This document shows, in pieces, positions 25,076 through 38,723 of a stretch of 64,000 bases of DNA (the first letter of the stretch is position 1; every line of letters begins with the position of its first letter). The notes under the pieces were generated by a model. The model was not told the origin of the DNA, searched no databases, and was given only the letters and a program-made list of their open reading frames with translations. Position numbers and translations under genes: made by a program. The stretch comes from Hydrolagus affinis (Eukaryota). The stretch is from assembly GCA_012026655.1 (NCBI GenBank), contig JAAILG010001312.1, positions 1-64,000 on the forward strand, written 5' to 3'.

Positions 25076-26762
25076 GGTCTGTTTCTATGTTGTGCCCTTC
25101 TTTGTATTTCAATTGCCAGGAAGCAAATCATACTTGAATGTGTGAAAATTGTATGATGTCTGCTTTCCTTCCTGACACAAATACAAATGTGCAAGATGTT
25201 TTTCATTTTTGCTCCCATTTATAGCTATTGTGAAAAGAAAAGTTGAACTCATTTGTGCTGGAATAGAGAATTTGAGCAGATCTAATGAAAGCTTTTTTTT
25301 TAAAAAAAATGAATGGTTCGATTGATTGAGTCCATAACAATTGTGAATCATCACCGGGAGTAGAAAGAGGGGAGGTTAAAAGATTTATTTACAAAGCAGA
25401 TTGTTAGAATACAGAAGGTCTCAACACAAATCAATGAAGAAATTGAGTCTGTGAATCAACAATTTGCTTTTATGCAGCAAGAAGATGTCCCATAGAGGTT
25501 TACAGAATGGTGTTGAACACTGAGCAGAGAGGAGAGGAGGTATGTTACTTTAGGCACAGTGGAGGAGGTAGATGTACAAGAGGCTGTTAAAGACAGTGAG
25601 GGTGTGAGGTGGAGGGATTTAGGAAGGGAATTCCCGAGGTTGTGGCATCGTGGCTAAAACGCAAGGATTATTATTATTATCTCCCACCTTCGAGACTTCT
25701 CAAAGCACTTCACAGAATACACTGTAAAGTGAATTACTGTATATTTTATGGGCAAAACGGGATGGGAAGAAAGGAAGATGGGTCGAGTGGAAGGGTGAAT
25801 ACAATTTAGTGTTGATAAGGATGTGGGCAGCTTATGTTGGCATACACAGCAGCCAGATTGCACCAGCAACATGTCATAAAGAACAATGCCACAAGCCGTC
25901 ACGAGGTTTCAAATCTTCTGTCTGAATGTTGCAAGGCTACAGTTCTGCAGTAATTCAATAAAAAAAAAGGGCGGATTGGGATGAGAATAATCTGGGGAAG
26001 GAGTAGAAAAAAGGCTGTAGACTGGAGAGCGATTGGTTTATCATAGAGAGGAGTGAACTGTACATACCATGAGAACTTGCCATTTTATAGACCTGAATAA
26101 ATTGACTAATATCTGCACTGTGAGATATTCGTCTGCACAGTGCAGACTAATAACCTGCACTGAACCCACTATGTGCTCTGATTATACAATCTGATTAAAG
26201 ATTGTATTCATTTTTTTTAACCTAAAAGTTTTAACTTTTTTTAACTCACTTTTTTTAAATGACATTGGGCAGTCTTAATCAGCCTGGATGTAAGAAACAC
26301 ACATATCAATGTGTGTTGCCATGTCAGGCGGGCCCAAAACCAGCAAAAAAGAAAGTAAATAAAAACTGCTTAAAGAAAAGCTAAATAAATCAATATTTTC
26401 CAATTGATGTGCATTACAAAAAAGTTAGTGGCAGGTTATTAAAACTTAAGCCAACATTATCCAAATGGTTTTGTACAGAATGGAGCTTTACAGGCCTGGA
26501 AAATCTTGGGTTCAATTTCTAACATCAGATGAGTTATTCCACCCTTCATTCAAACTCTTGATCATTGTCCATTGACACAACCACCTGCCCCCAACCACCA
26601 TCTTTCTGGAAGCATCATTGTGTGAGTGTCAGCCGAAGACATAGGGCTGCATCTTAATATCACACACCGTTTCACCTATGAGAAAACCTTGATCATTTTC
26701 ATGACTCAAGTGCCCTGATTTTTCCAATCATTGTTCATAAGTAATTCCTTTAATAAATGTGC

Positions 26763-26872
26763 AGAACTGTGGAAAATCCTTAAATCCACTCATTTGCAAA
26801 CTTTTGTTCTGAAGTTCTTAAAAAGAAACCGGATTCCAAATCAACGCTGGATTTAAGAATTTTGCACAATTT
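26763..26872. mobile_element. MITE-like element, same family as 12196-12298
   Basis: Inverted termini gaactgtggaaaatccttaaatccac / ctggatttaagaattttgcacaattt, with shared internal ttccaaatcaa. Confidence 0.6.
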
Positions 26873-27520
26873 GGGCCATCTTCGAGGTTAAGAGTTTCTG
26901 GTCTGACAGGCTGAAACAAGGTGGAGTTTCAACGGCTCTCAGCATAGGAACGCTGAACTCATTCTACACTCACTTAATAAGTCAAGTAAATGTGCTGCGT
27001 TTGAAGATTTCCAGAGTAACATCTTGGCTGTAAATTAAAGAGCAAAGGGGTGGTGGTGGAGAAGTTGGAGAGGCAAGTGGTTTATAACAAGTCACAGATA
27101 TTCCCAATTCATGAGACTTATGTCATTTATTACACGCTGAAATAATATCAATTAAAATGGTTTGAGCGGAGGCTGAAAATAGGAACTATTATTGTGCATA
27201 TTTTTATGTTACTGGGCGCTGATTAAAGCTCCTGCTGCCACTCTCACTTCTCTGCAATCTCATACTTTTATAAGTCTTTTTCATGTAACAAGGCTCGGAA
27301 CTCACACTATCTGCAAGTCACAGGCTAGCCTCCAGACTGTTAATTTAAACTAAACATAATGTGATAATTGAGGACAAAATCCAACGTGAAATGAATTAAC
27401 CTTTTCAAATCCAACGTTTTGCATGCTATCTGAGACTGGTCTTAATCCGTAAAACCATGTTGCCATAACATTTCAAGAATGCGCAGATATCTTCTGTGGT
27501 TCTTAAAAGATCCTTAGTAA

Positions 27521-27900
27521 GGTCCTGTAGAGTAGTGGTTAGTGCGCTTGCTTTGCAAGTGGGAAGATCTGGGTTCGATTCCCATTCATGACAAAACCTT
27601 TGGCGAGTTTACCGAGCAATAAGTAGGAACCAGGCTGTTAAAATCAATTGGCGGATTTTTTTCCAGGGATTTAAAAATAAATTATAAAAATGTGGTCACT
27701 TAATCCACTACCCTTTGTGGGACACTGCTGTATGCGATTGCCGCAGTGTTTCACCCGCAAAACACAGTCAATTATAATATAAATCCAAGTTGTTGGTGTC
27801 AATTCATTTTACAGTATATACACTATATTCTCACAGTGAATGTCTGTGAGACATCCCAATGATTTGGTAATGCATTATATCAAATGCAAGGTTATTATTA
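27521..27900 (+). mobile_element. longer, more diverged SINE variant with extra central segment
   Basis: tRNA-like head, then tttaccgagcaataagtaggaacc..aatcaattggcggatt insert, then the standard body and tail. Confidence 0.8.
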
Positions 27901-29154
27901 GTAAAAAAAAACCTGCTTCCAAATTAAGCCTGAATTGAACAATTTTCTGCAGTTCTGCTTGATCTTATATTTTATGGTAAAGCATATGGACTGTTGACTA
28001 GATGGAATTTCAGGATTTTTTTTAAATTATAAGTTATTTGGATTTCTGGCCGGCAGGAATTGAGCTTCAGAGACTGTCGTGGCGTGTTATTGTCAGGTCT
28101 AGTTTGCCAAATAACTAATTTCTGTGCCGTATCATTCTATTTAAAAACAGGAGGTTGAACTCGTGAAGTGCTTTATATGTAGATTGAATTGTCTCAAAGG
28201 GCTTCACTAACACAATGAAAATCATTGAGCAGGAAGGAAAAATAAAAGCTTCTCAAAATAAAATAATTGATTTGCAACACGATAGATTGTAATATTTCCA
28301 TTATAGTTCCATTCCCTCTGTACGTTCCCCCCCCCCACCCCAGCCCAAACTACCACCACCCTCTATAACTTGTTTTTGTTGAAGTAAAACTTCAAGTCAG
28401 TGAAACTTACTCAGTGTGTGAGGCATGTTGTTGAACGCAACATTTTTTGTTATATATTCAGTATATTTTTGCCACTCTCCTGCAATCTCACACCTTGCGC
28501 TAAATAAGACCATGCCGGTTGACGGCGTATTTACTTGCACTCGCGCTGCATAAATAGTTTGTTATAAATTAAAGAACTTGCCTTTTTATAGCACCTCATC
28601 ACTTCAAATCATCACAAAGCGCTTTGCAGCAATTACTGTCAAGGGACTGCTTGTTGCTAGATAAATGCATCAGTCAGTTTTACCAATGAGGTCCCACAAA
28701 TAGCAATGTGGATGACGACAGATTCATCTGGAAGATTGAGAAAGTTGGAAGTTGGAAGGAGTAGGCGGCCAGTACATGAGAAATCTGTCACTTGGAGTGG
28801 GTTTGAACCCGGCCCAGACTGAGCATTTCCTCACTGCCAGCTGGAGATTCAGGCAATGAAGTTCCTGCCCACAAATCGCTCACTCAGGGAGTCGCAGAGA
28901 CAGCCAGGAATGGGCAGTGGGAAAAGTCCAGAATGATACAGTAAGATGTCCTCAGCGATGCACCAGGGTGATGTCAGCCTTTTTTTTTAATACTGAGAAA
29001 CACAGGCAACAAGATTGTGGAGCAAAACAAGTTTGGAGAAAATGATGAGGAGACCAGGTAAAATTATTAAATAAAACAACAACAAAATTACACTTGTATA
29101 GCGCCTTTCACGTCAGGATGACGTTCTAAGGCGCTGGAGGCAAAATTCAGCAGA

Positions 29155-29262
29155 TGCTAGAAATAAAACCACAAGTTGATGGGAACACTCAGCAGATCAG
29201 GCAGCATCTATGGAGAGAGGAAAATGGGTTACCATTTCAGGTCGATGACCTTTCATCAGAAT
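29155..29262. mobile_element. common chondrichthyan interspersed repeat (Penelope-like, tentative)
   Basis: aacactcagcagatcaggcagcatctatggagagag...tttcaggtcgatgacctttcatcagaa, a motif I recall as abundant in shark and ray genomes. Confidence 0.5.
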
Positions 29263-32094
29263 TTGCAGAACTTAGAAGGTAGACAGGGAAATTTTAAAAT
29301 TTAGGAGCAAGTTTTTAAGGCAAATGTGGACTAGAGATTAAAACTAAAATGGAATCCTTGAATAAGATCTGATCCTTATGTTGTTGCTCAGTTATTGATA
29401 CAGCAAACCTCACATTGTCATATCAATTAGGGCCAATATACCTTATGCTAAGTATGAGTCATGTTAAACTTGCATTATAATATAAAGACTTGAATGGAAC
29501 TTGGGCAGATGTACAGCTTGGGAGATTATAAGATTTATATAGATTGGACTTTCGCCAGTTTTACTGTATTTCATTTTACTGTATTTCACATGCATTTACA
29601 TACCTCAGCAAGGTTACTAAAATCAGGAACCTAAGTACAGTATTATCATCCACTTGATTCCTTTGAGATTCACCATAGCAGGAGACACTGCAGCAGTTTC
29701 TCCTGCCAAAGATTTGTAAGCAAAATCAATTGGCTGAGACACGTGTCCACAGACTATATGTGTGAAAACTGCTGTTAAAAATGATCTGAACTACCTTTTT
29801 CTAACTTGCCCTCAAATGAGGCGAGTTGTTCTTTAACGCAAGCCTGATCATTGGTTGCAAGATTTATTTTGGTTTACATCACGTGCCAAAAACTGATCTC
29901 CACAAATCTTTGTAGTTCCCCGGGAATTAGCAGTCTCCTTGCATTGCAAGCCACAACCCCATGATAAATGACTGCGTAGATGATTAACCTGTAATCCTTG
30001 TAATAAACATAATGTTCTGCTAAAAATTTTCCACTGTAATTTGCATGCAAAGTACTATAATGGCACACATGACCGCCTGTGGAGCTATTTCTGAGGAACA
30101 TTATCTGAGTGGTTTGATAATACAGCGATTGGCCAACTTACTGCATGTGTGTAGGATCATCTTCATTTAAACACACAACCAGCTACCTTTTAGATGGTCT
30201 ATTGGCTGTGTGCCTCGGATGCTACATAAATAACAGATTGCCTTGTGTAAAGTGTGCCTAGAGAGACCTATTTGGTATGCATTAATAAACTAAGATAAGG
30301 AGCATGGATGCAGAAGGAACAGATAAAGGGGAGGTTGGTGAAAAGAAATTAGATGCACAATATTAATGTAAGCAGCAGGGATAAAATCTTGTGTGTGTGT
30401 GTGTGTGTGTAAAAGAAAACACACAAACACAGAACTTTTTCAGCAAAAGGATTCACATTTGGGAACAGTGGGCTGTGCTGATTTGATTGTAGGTATCAGA
30501 AGGATCTCACACACGTTTAGCGCAGTGGCCCCTAAAGTACTGATTTTTGACGTGTTTGTTGAGGAACGGGATAAGGTAGGAGAGCAGCAGATGGAAAATG
30601 TGTGATTTGGCTCTGCTTTCTGTCTGTCTCTGGGCAGAATAAAATCGCACTTAAAGAAAAGCACCCCCCCAACTTTCATCTGTCCCCTGAATGTTCCACC
30701 TGCAAAGCAGTGGTTGTCCCATCGCTTGGTACTGCAGTTATTGCTGTCTCTGGCATGAGGTAGAAACTAAATGTTGTTCTTAGAAACTGAGGAAGTTGCA
30801 TACGGAGCCATCTCTATCGCATAAATTGACCCTAATGTATTTCCAGATGCTGGGAGTCCCAAATGAGTTGAATTTTAAAGCTGCTCAATAAATCCTGATT
30901 GAGCCAATTCCAATTCTGCAATCATGAAGAGCTTCGACCTTGGGCTCTCTGGCGAACCGTTGGCAACGAACCGCAAATTAAAAGGCAGCCTTCTGTGCTG
31001 AACATATGCCGATTGGAACTCAATTGATGATGCCAAAGCCTATTTTGTCAAAAGCCCTTTGCAATCATCAGAGATCACCGTTATTCCACATCCCCAGGCT
31101 GGAGTTCAGTCTTTTTCTTTAAAATGAAAGCAAAGTGTTCCGACCCGCTTCAGATCCCTGTGGCCCAAGGAAAATGATGGAACCCGATCCAATTTATTCA
31201 GAGCTTTGTTTCGTTCCCTCAACTCACCAGAATTTAAATTTGTAGTTTCAAATCTTAATGCACCAAAGCAACTTTCAAATGAAGATTATTTATAGATTCC
31301 AGAAACCTCCTATTGAGATGAGGTTATGTCAGTGTCACCAGAATGATTTTCACCGGTGCTGTAATCCCTGTGGTTAGAGGGAAGCTGTTCAACGTGGTGT
31401 TAGAGAGATAAGCGAATGATCACGTTCACTGGTTTCTCAAACATTGCGTTGCTGCACTTACCTAGCAGACTGTGCTCGTCGGACGAATAAAGCTTTCCAG
31501 TAAAATTCAATTAATCAGTCACAAGGTTTTATACAGGAATGGAAGTTGTCAAACAGAAGATGAATGACTCTGCGCATAATTCACCAGAGTCTGAGTTTAA
31601 GACAGATACTAGACAGCAGAGACATCATGCATATTTAATGTCTCTTTAGGATAGATTGTTTTTGAACTTAAGATCAGGGTGTGACTTAGAAGACATATGA
31701 CTGTGGCATTAAAAAAAACACATCGCAAATGTGATTTTACTGCTGTTGCCTCGCTACTGAAAAGTAGTGCGAATGAGCGCAGTCAGCCTGCAAGGGGCAA
31801 GCATCCAGCTCTTAATGTGTCACCCAGTTTGGCGCTGACGTAAACTAACAATTGTTAAATACTGTTTATGCAAAACCTGCATTCTGTAAAAATTACTGCA
31901 TTAATAATTTTAGACTTGTTATAGATGCTGCAGGCAGCCCTGCTGTCCCACTTTAATTGCGTTTGTTGCCCTCGTTTTATCTCCATTTTTATTTCCAGTT
32001 TCATATCTGCCTCCTGACCTTCAGCTCCTAAAGGTTGGGCGATGCATCCTCGGTTGTCGGCAGCCTCTGATAGCCCATCCCAAATAGCCGTTAT

Positions 32095-32270
32095 CATAAT
32101 AATAATCCATGCATTTGATATCGCGCCTGATCACGTCATTGAGGTGTCTCCAAGCGCTTTCCAGGATATACTGCAAAGTGAATTGACTGTATACTTTGTG
32201 GGCTAAACACGTCAGCCAATTGTGCACAGCAGTGTCCCACAAACAGTTGTGGATTGAGTGACCAGCAAAT
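32095..32270 (-). mobile_element. SINE 3' half
   Basis: aataatccatgcatttgatatcgcgcc...gcacagcagtgtcccacaaacagt. Confidence 0.8.
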
Positions 32271-34845
32271 ACATTATCAGGATGGGTGTTACGGTCAATG
32301 AGGACAGACTATAAACATTGGTCCTGTTTTCATTGGAACAGAAGAAGATAAGATGGGTTTCAGTAGATGTCTTCAAGATTCTGAAATATTTTGAGAGGTT
32401 GAATAGTGAATGATTATACACATTAGTTAGGAAATCAGTAATGAGGGTGTAGGTGGATGGAGGGCGTATCAGCTCAGGATTCTCACTGGAAGAGTTGAGG
32501 AGGACATTAAAAGAAACTTTTCCAAATGGAGGATTGGATTCCTAGAATGTGGAATATTTTTCCAAAACCACATTTAAGGGTGAATTGACGTGGAATTAAT
32601 TATATGAGGAGGTGGGGGGTTGGGATTTGAATCACTGGCTCCAGTGGAGGTATTATCACCAGTGCAGCCACAACATGCCAAATGATCTCCTTCAGCGCTG
32701 TACATTCTGAGTTACCTTTTACCACCAATATGAGGCTTAGTCGTTGAGTTCACAAGCGAACTCCCATTCAGAGAAGAAATGCATCATCCACTGCATTCCA
32801 GTATCCTCTACTTACTCAACAAACCTCAAGGGATCAGTGCCTAGACATAGTCTCCACTGAACTCCAAAAGGGGACGTGTGTTTGTCTTTGATGTTACAAA
32901 AGGAGCTGAGCCTATGTGTTGATGTCTCTCAGCTGTCCCAGTGCTTCATGTTTCATACCTGCCAGTGGGAAGGAGTCTGGGAGCAGACGTTTTTCATAGA
33001 ATTGTTCCCCCTGATGTGGCATTGTGTGCTGAGGCAGGGATCGGGGTGTTCTGTGTTAAATAGGCTGTTCGAACTCCAGCCAGCAGTTCACCATGGTAAC
33101 AAGGTGGTGCCAATAGGTGTACACAGAAGGGACAATTCACTGGGATACATTTCCCTTCTCTGAGGGCAAGTCGGGGGAAGTGATTGCGTGGGACAATCAG
33201 TGTGCAAAAGGCTGCAAATCTTACTCTCTGACTCACTGCGTGAATGCACTGTGTTCAGTGAGCGTGTTCCATAGGACAGACCGTGTGAGTGCAAAACCTG
33301 ACCACTGCCTGAACCCACAATGCTGAGACTGTGCTGGTGTCTGTTCATGATGTTTTGGGTGTGTATGGTGCATGCGTTGCACAGCTCCGTTCCACCATAA
33401 AGCCAAACCTGGCTGATGGTTTGGTTTGATTCGCATTTGCTCATGCATCCTGTGTGACTGACTGCATCCAGTTCAGAGGACCCTGATTGAGTGACAGGTT
33501 GAAATATCAGTAACAGATATACACAAGAAGGGCCACAAAAAGGAGTTGTGTTTTTACATGTGCAGTGAAAACACAATCGCAATAGTCTAAAAAAAATTCC
33601 CCCCACCCCAAAAAAAACAGTGTGAAATTCCTGATAGTCTTATGCTCTACTGAATCATGGCTGTTGTGTCAAGGGGTAGTTCCCTATCTGCCTTGCCCAC
33701 AACCCATCAGGCTGTTCATTGAGTCTCCTTGGCATTGCTCTAGGTCCAAATATTGTTCTCTGGAAATGTTCTGCATTTTACCCACTACTACAACAACAAC
33801 AACAACTTGGATTTATACTAAGCCAGGCACTGATGTGCACAAAAGAGCCTGAGGACTGTGCCAGTGATTGCTTGAGGAGTGAGTATCCCAGTGCTTCATG
33901 TTTCACTCCTAGCATATTGAATTCTAATCAACATCCTACTTTTCATATTTTGCTCACTTCTTGATAAGATGTGTCCTTCTTATTGCCACATCATTCATGT
34001 CTGTCGTTGGCTCACTGTGATGCACTTATGTGCCCATTTGGATTGGGGAACTAGAGTCTGTCAAACCTCTTAACCCTGGACCATGGGTTATTAACTAGGC
34101 TGTGAACTTCACGTCCACCTCTTCTCCTATTGAAGCCCATTCAACATCATGCCATTTGGAGTATTCCTTCTGCAATTGACATTAACTGGCAGACGTGGCT
34201 TGGAAACCTAAGGTGCTACATCAAATTCAGCTCTGTAGCTGAAGCAGTCCAGCTAATGATTGCCTCAACTGACAGTGGAGATGTCGTGCAGCCATCAGTG
34301 CAGTGAGACATATGTACAGTACAACTGGCTGACTTGCCTGTTTAAACATAGGAACGGGGGACACTCTGCTATACCACAGACCAAATGGCCCATGCCATCC
34401 TATCATATCCCTCAATATTTTAATATAGCTTCCGTTCAGCATTGTGTGATTCACCTCTCTGATGGGCGTGCCCCATTGTAGCAATCCATGGTCACAGATA
34501 CTACACGCCACTCTGACTGAAACACTACGTCAACATGGGAAGCCATTCCTCATTTCCCAGCAACAGCCACCCTTCATTTTGACAGACGCAGAATAATACA
34601 AGTAAGAATAAATAAATAAGCAAACAAACAATCAAGTAGTAATTTTACCAAATTCAACAGTGAATCAAAATAAGAATGTTGTTTCCTTCCTCAGAATGGA
34701 CAACTCTTTGTGATAAATGTTTCATTTAAAAAGAAGTAAAAGTCCTCACTAGCCCCTTAGTCTCAATTCTCAAATCTGATTACAGGTTAAGAAAACACTT
34801 GATTTATACATCATGTTAGAGGCGATTTGCCCTCTTTACCCTAGT

Positions 34846-35125
34846 GAACAACAACTTTGATTTATATAGCGCCCTCCACACTGGACGGCAACTCAGAGCG
34901 CTTCACAATAGCGGATCCCAGGACCAAGTCAGGGGCAGGGGTAGAAAGGTGACCAAAGGCGCGGTCGAAGAGAAAGGTCTTCAGCTTGGACCTGAAGCTG
35001 AGAAAAGAGGGGGCAAGGCAAAGGTAGTGAGGAATGGAATTCCAGAGCCTCGGGGCATAGTGGCTGAAGGCACGGCCGCCGAGGGTGGAGCGGAGGATTC
35101 GGGGGACATGGAGGAGGCCAGACCT
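34846..35125 (-). mobile_element. L2-like LINE 3' end with (GTT)n tail
   Basis: aacaacaactttgatttatatagcgccctccacactggacggcaactcagagcgcttc, followed by gaattccagagcctcggggc..tggctgaaggcacggcc. Confidence 0.7.
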
Positions 35126-35204
35126 AGAGGAATCATGTTTACTAGCCTCATCTGGGCTTTTAGAATCATGTGAAATGTTTCGCCAAAGATCGCAAACTTG
35201 GTTT

Positions 35205-35760
35205 GAACAAAGAATCCTTCAGCCTATCTGATCTCATCCTTCCAGAATATCCACCTTAACGCCTTCCTATCTACCCTAATGCCTTCCTAGCATCAGAGTG
35301 TTTTTTTTTATAAAACCAAGTCCACTTTTCCTGCTTCACTTTTCCTGTTAACGTGTTCCAGTCGTTAATTATCTGCTGATAGAGAAATACTTCCTGGTGT
35401 CTGTCGTGGAATTGTCCTTTGCAGCCCTGAACAGCCCTGATCTTGTTCTGCTGTATCAGTGCATCCAAATATGTTATTTTGAGGGTATACTCAAAACACG
35501 CTTACTTTTTCAATGGTGTTTAACCTTTTTTATTCCTCTATAAAGTCCTCTGAGATGTCATCTTTCAACACTGAATAGCAGTAACTTATCTAATTGTTGT
35601 GCACAGCTTATTCCTACCAACACTGGGGATCATACTAATTTCTTGGCTCTAAGAGCTGGGGAGATTTCTTTAGTCAAAGCGACCAGAACTGCACAATTAC
35701 TCTAAGTGAACTTTACAGCTTGAATATCTCCAATGTTCCTGAGACAGTGGATGAGAAATT
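35205..35760 (-). mobile_element. CR1-like LINE 3' fragment
   Basis: Minus-strand translation FLYQQIINDWNTL resembles the FF.QRV.N.WN.LP end of CR1 ORF2. The 3' end is shared with 61460-61700. Confidence 0.7.
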
Positions 35761-35789
35761 GTCCTCTTTTATGGTTGTAACATCTACTG

Positions 35790-36119
35790 AATAATAGTAA
35801 TCCTTGCAGTTGATACGGTGCTTTTTCACTTCTTCTAGATGTCTCAAAGCGCTTCACAGAATATATTGTGAACTGAATTGACTGTATATTTGTAGGTGAA
35901 ACGCGCCACCGATTGCACACAGCAGTGTCCCACAAACAGTCGTGGAGTGAAATAACCAATTTATTATTGGGGGTTTTTGAGGGATTACTATTAGGCGTGT
36001 GAAGTAAGAATACTTGCCCAAGGTTTTGCCCTGCCTGGAATTGAACCCAGGTCTCTCACTTGTAAAGGAGTGCCGTAATCACTGAGCTGCGGGAATCCAC
36101 ACTGAGCTACAGGACTCTA
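35790..36119 (-). mobile_element. full-length SINE with a 20-bp tandem duplication of its 5' end
   Basis: Standard SINE, with cactgagctgcgggaatcca + cactgagctacaggactcta at 36080-36119. Confidence 0.88.
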
Positions 36120-37770
36120 CAAATACTCTGCGATAACAATTTATTTCTTAACATCTTCATGTTGCCACTCGCCTATACATTAGAAGAGAGAATCAGTCGC
36201 TCTACCTCATGTCCAATGTCGACCATTTGTAAATTGCCATCTTTTGGGGCCTGAACCCCAAGATTTCCCAAACAATTTGTTACTAACAAATCTCAGGAGT
36301 TAGCTGTCTCTCTGCATCTCTGTTCCCATACCAATCTTACCTCCATTGTCAGTGATGTAGGCATTGAGTGGAGTTCCAGAGATTGGCCACAACATACCTA
36401 GGAATCACTATTTTTAATCCTTCTACAACTAGTGGTCTTTGGGGAAGTTTGGATCTAGAGTTCCAACCCCAGGAATGGGGGCGATGAAGAGTTTCATATC
36501 CAGCGAGTGCTTGGGGACATCATCCATCTGAACCCAAACCTAGACTGAGAACTGTAAGCTAATGATAGAGCAATGTTGACTGAGACAATGCCTGAGATTC
36601 TTCTTCTCCCTCTCTATGAGTAGGGTTTGTGGAAAGGTGGGGTTGTGATGGTAAGAATGCATTACCTCCTGGGAAAGGAATGAAGACATTGCAAAAACAC
36701 AGCTCCTTTACCTGTCGATCAAATCAGGGTCATTCTGTCCATCCATAAAGTCTGAATATGCTGCTGAGCTCTATTCAAACTCTGTCCAATTGACCTGTCG
36801 GTGGATGGTTGACTTCTACCGTTTCTTTGAAAATTCAGCCTTTGTAACACATTCTCCTTTGCAGGTCAATAACTTTCAGTGTTTACATGGTAGAGCTGAG
36901 AAGCTCAGTCTATTTAGGTCCAGTGGATCTCTTTCAATCTGGTCCTTTCATATTCCATCAACCCTTTGCTCTCACCAGCCTACAAGGTGGAAACAATCAG
37001 GCCATTGGTGTCTCTGGGTAGTTTGTACACTACACCGGATCTGGGTGAGATCTCACCAAATGGCTTCCCAGAGGGTTAACAGCACCTTGTTGAGCAGCAG
37101 AATCTTGCAATCCCAATCTGAAGGTGGAGTAACAAATAAAGTGGAACTAGCAACTAAAGGGATTTGACTAGCAATTAGTGTGAAGTTATTAATGGGGTGT
37201 TACTAGTAATGAGTGTGGAGTAACTAACGGATGTAACTTGAGAGATTTCTAATGTATTGGGTGTGGATTGCTCAGATGTGATGGACATTTCAGGAGGTAC
37301 GCATTGAGAATAGTTTGGGGGGAATGTTGAAGTGTTGAACTACATGTAAACTTGCGCTATATTTAATCTTCCAGTGTAGAGTGAACTTTACTACGATCCT
37401 AACCTGAGCTTTGAAGATGAATAGTTTATAGACAGTGACAAACTCTTGTGATTGAGAAGGAGGAGAAATACCATTCATGTGTAATGACTGGGTCTGAAAT
37501 TTGGGTGAATTATCACTTTTGATGGGCGTTTTACCACTGGACCTAAAGGAGATTGTCCTTCGAGCTTACTGTACCATTACATGGGCATGTTCCTCCACCC
37601 CCTGCTCCTTTCCATTTACCATTCACACCACCACCCTAACCCCAAACCTATCTCATTTGGAACAGTTCAGTCCAGATCTGAGATGTACCTCTACATGTTG
37701 TATATTTGGAGTCTTTTCTGTCTTACCTCCCTCTCTCTCCGCCCTGTTCCTCTGACTTGGGTTTCTTCAG

Positions 37771-37884
37771 TGAAGGCCGGATGGTGGTGCTCTCCCTGGT
37801 TTTGGGCTTGACAGAACAAGATGACTTTGCAAATATCCCTGATCTACAGACCAGCAACAGCCAAGGCATGCAGTCAGACAAAAG
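37771..37884 (+). CDS. syt7: Syt7 alternative linker exon (114 nt, phase 2/2): EGRMVVLSLVLGLTEQDDFANIPDLQTSNSQGMQSDKR
   Basis: ctgac branch-like site, tttcttcag acceptor and AAAAG|gtacga donor. Matches mammalian EGRMVVLSLVLGLSEQDDFANIPDLQ. Confidence 0.9.
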
Positions 37885-38292
37885 GTACGAATCTGACTAA
37901 GAGTGTGTGAATTAGGAGGAGATGCAAAGCGAGCATTAGAAAGTCTTAGGAAAGGTAATAGTGAGCGAGTGAGTATGCAGTGAAGTCTGTCCACATTGTT
38001 GTACACAGTTATGTGGACTGTATTTGGGACTGTGTGTGTATGTGTATAGTGTGTATGTGTCTGTGTAGGGGGGAAATTATGTGTGTCTGTGTGTGTATAT
38101 GTGTCTGTGTGGGGGATGTCCGTGTATATCTATATGTGGGGGGAGGCGGGTTATAAGTGTGCATGTGTGTATGTGACTAGTGTATTTGTCATTTGTCGAG
38201 CTTCTACTTTTTATTTCTTGAGGGAAATACAGGCTGCCAAGCAGCGAACACCAGTAACTGGTTCATTCTTATATCAGACATAGAAGGATTGT

Positions 38293-38435
38293 ATTAATAA
38301 TAAAAATCATAGTCCGTGCACTTGATATAGCGCCTTATCACGTTATTGAGACTTCTCAAAGCGCTTCTTTGAACATATTGTAAAGTGGATTGACTGTGTA
38401 TTTTGTTGGCAAAATAAGGCAGACAATTGCACACT
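38293..38435 (-). mobile_element. SINE 3' fragment
   Basis: ttgatatagcgccttatcacg..ctcaaagcgcttc..gtaaagtggattgactgt. Confidence 0.75.
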
Positions 38436-38623
38436 ATTCCCCCCACGGGTCTCTGTCCTCTCATCGGCAGCTTATTTCGTTTTCCCTCGCTAACCACTGG
38501 TTACTTGCCTTTTGCCCTCCGCTGACCTGACCTCTGCTGTCTTCCCCCTCCACCCCCACCCCCCCAACCCCCCCCCCCCCCACACTCACTCCACTGCTGT
38601 CCCCTGATACACAATGTAAAAAT

Positions 38624-38723
38624 NNNNNNNNNNNNNNNNNNNNNNNNNNNNNNNNNNNNNNNNNNNNNNNNNNNNNNNNNNNNNNNNNNNNNNNNNNNNN
38701 NNNNNNNNNNNNNNNNNNNNNNN
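38624..38723. other. assembly gap (100 N)
   Basis: Run of n near poly-C tracts. Confidence 0.99.

Noticed and set aside
33088-33606. 172-aa minus-strand ORF (and similar 100-180-aa ORFs, e.g. 43964-44497 and 5208-5657)
   Set aside because: No recognisable domain or splice context; consistent with chance ORFs or repeat-derived sequence.
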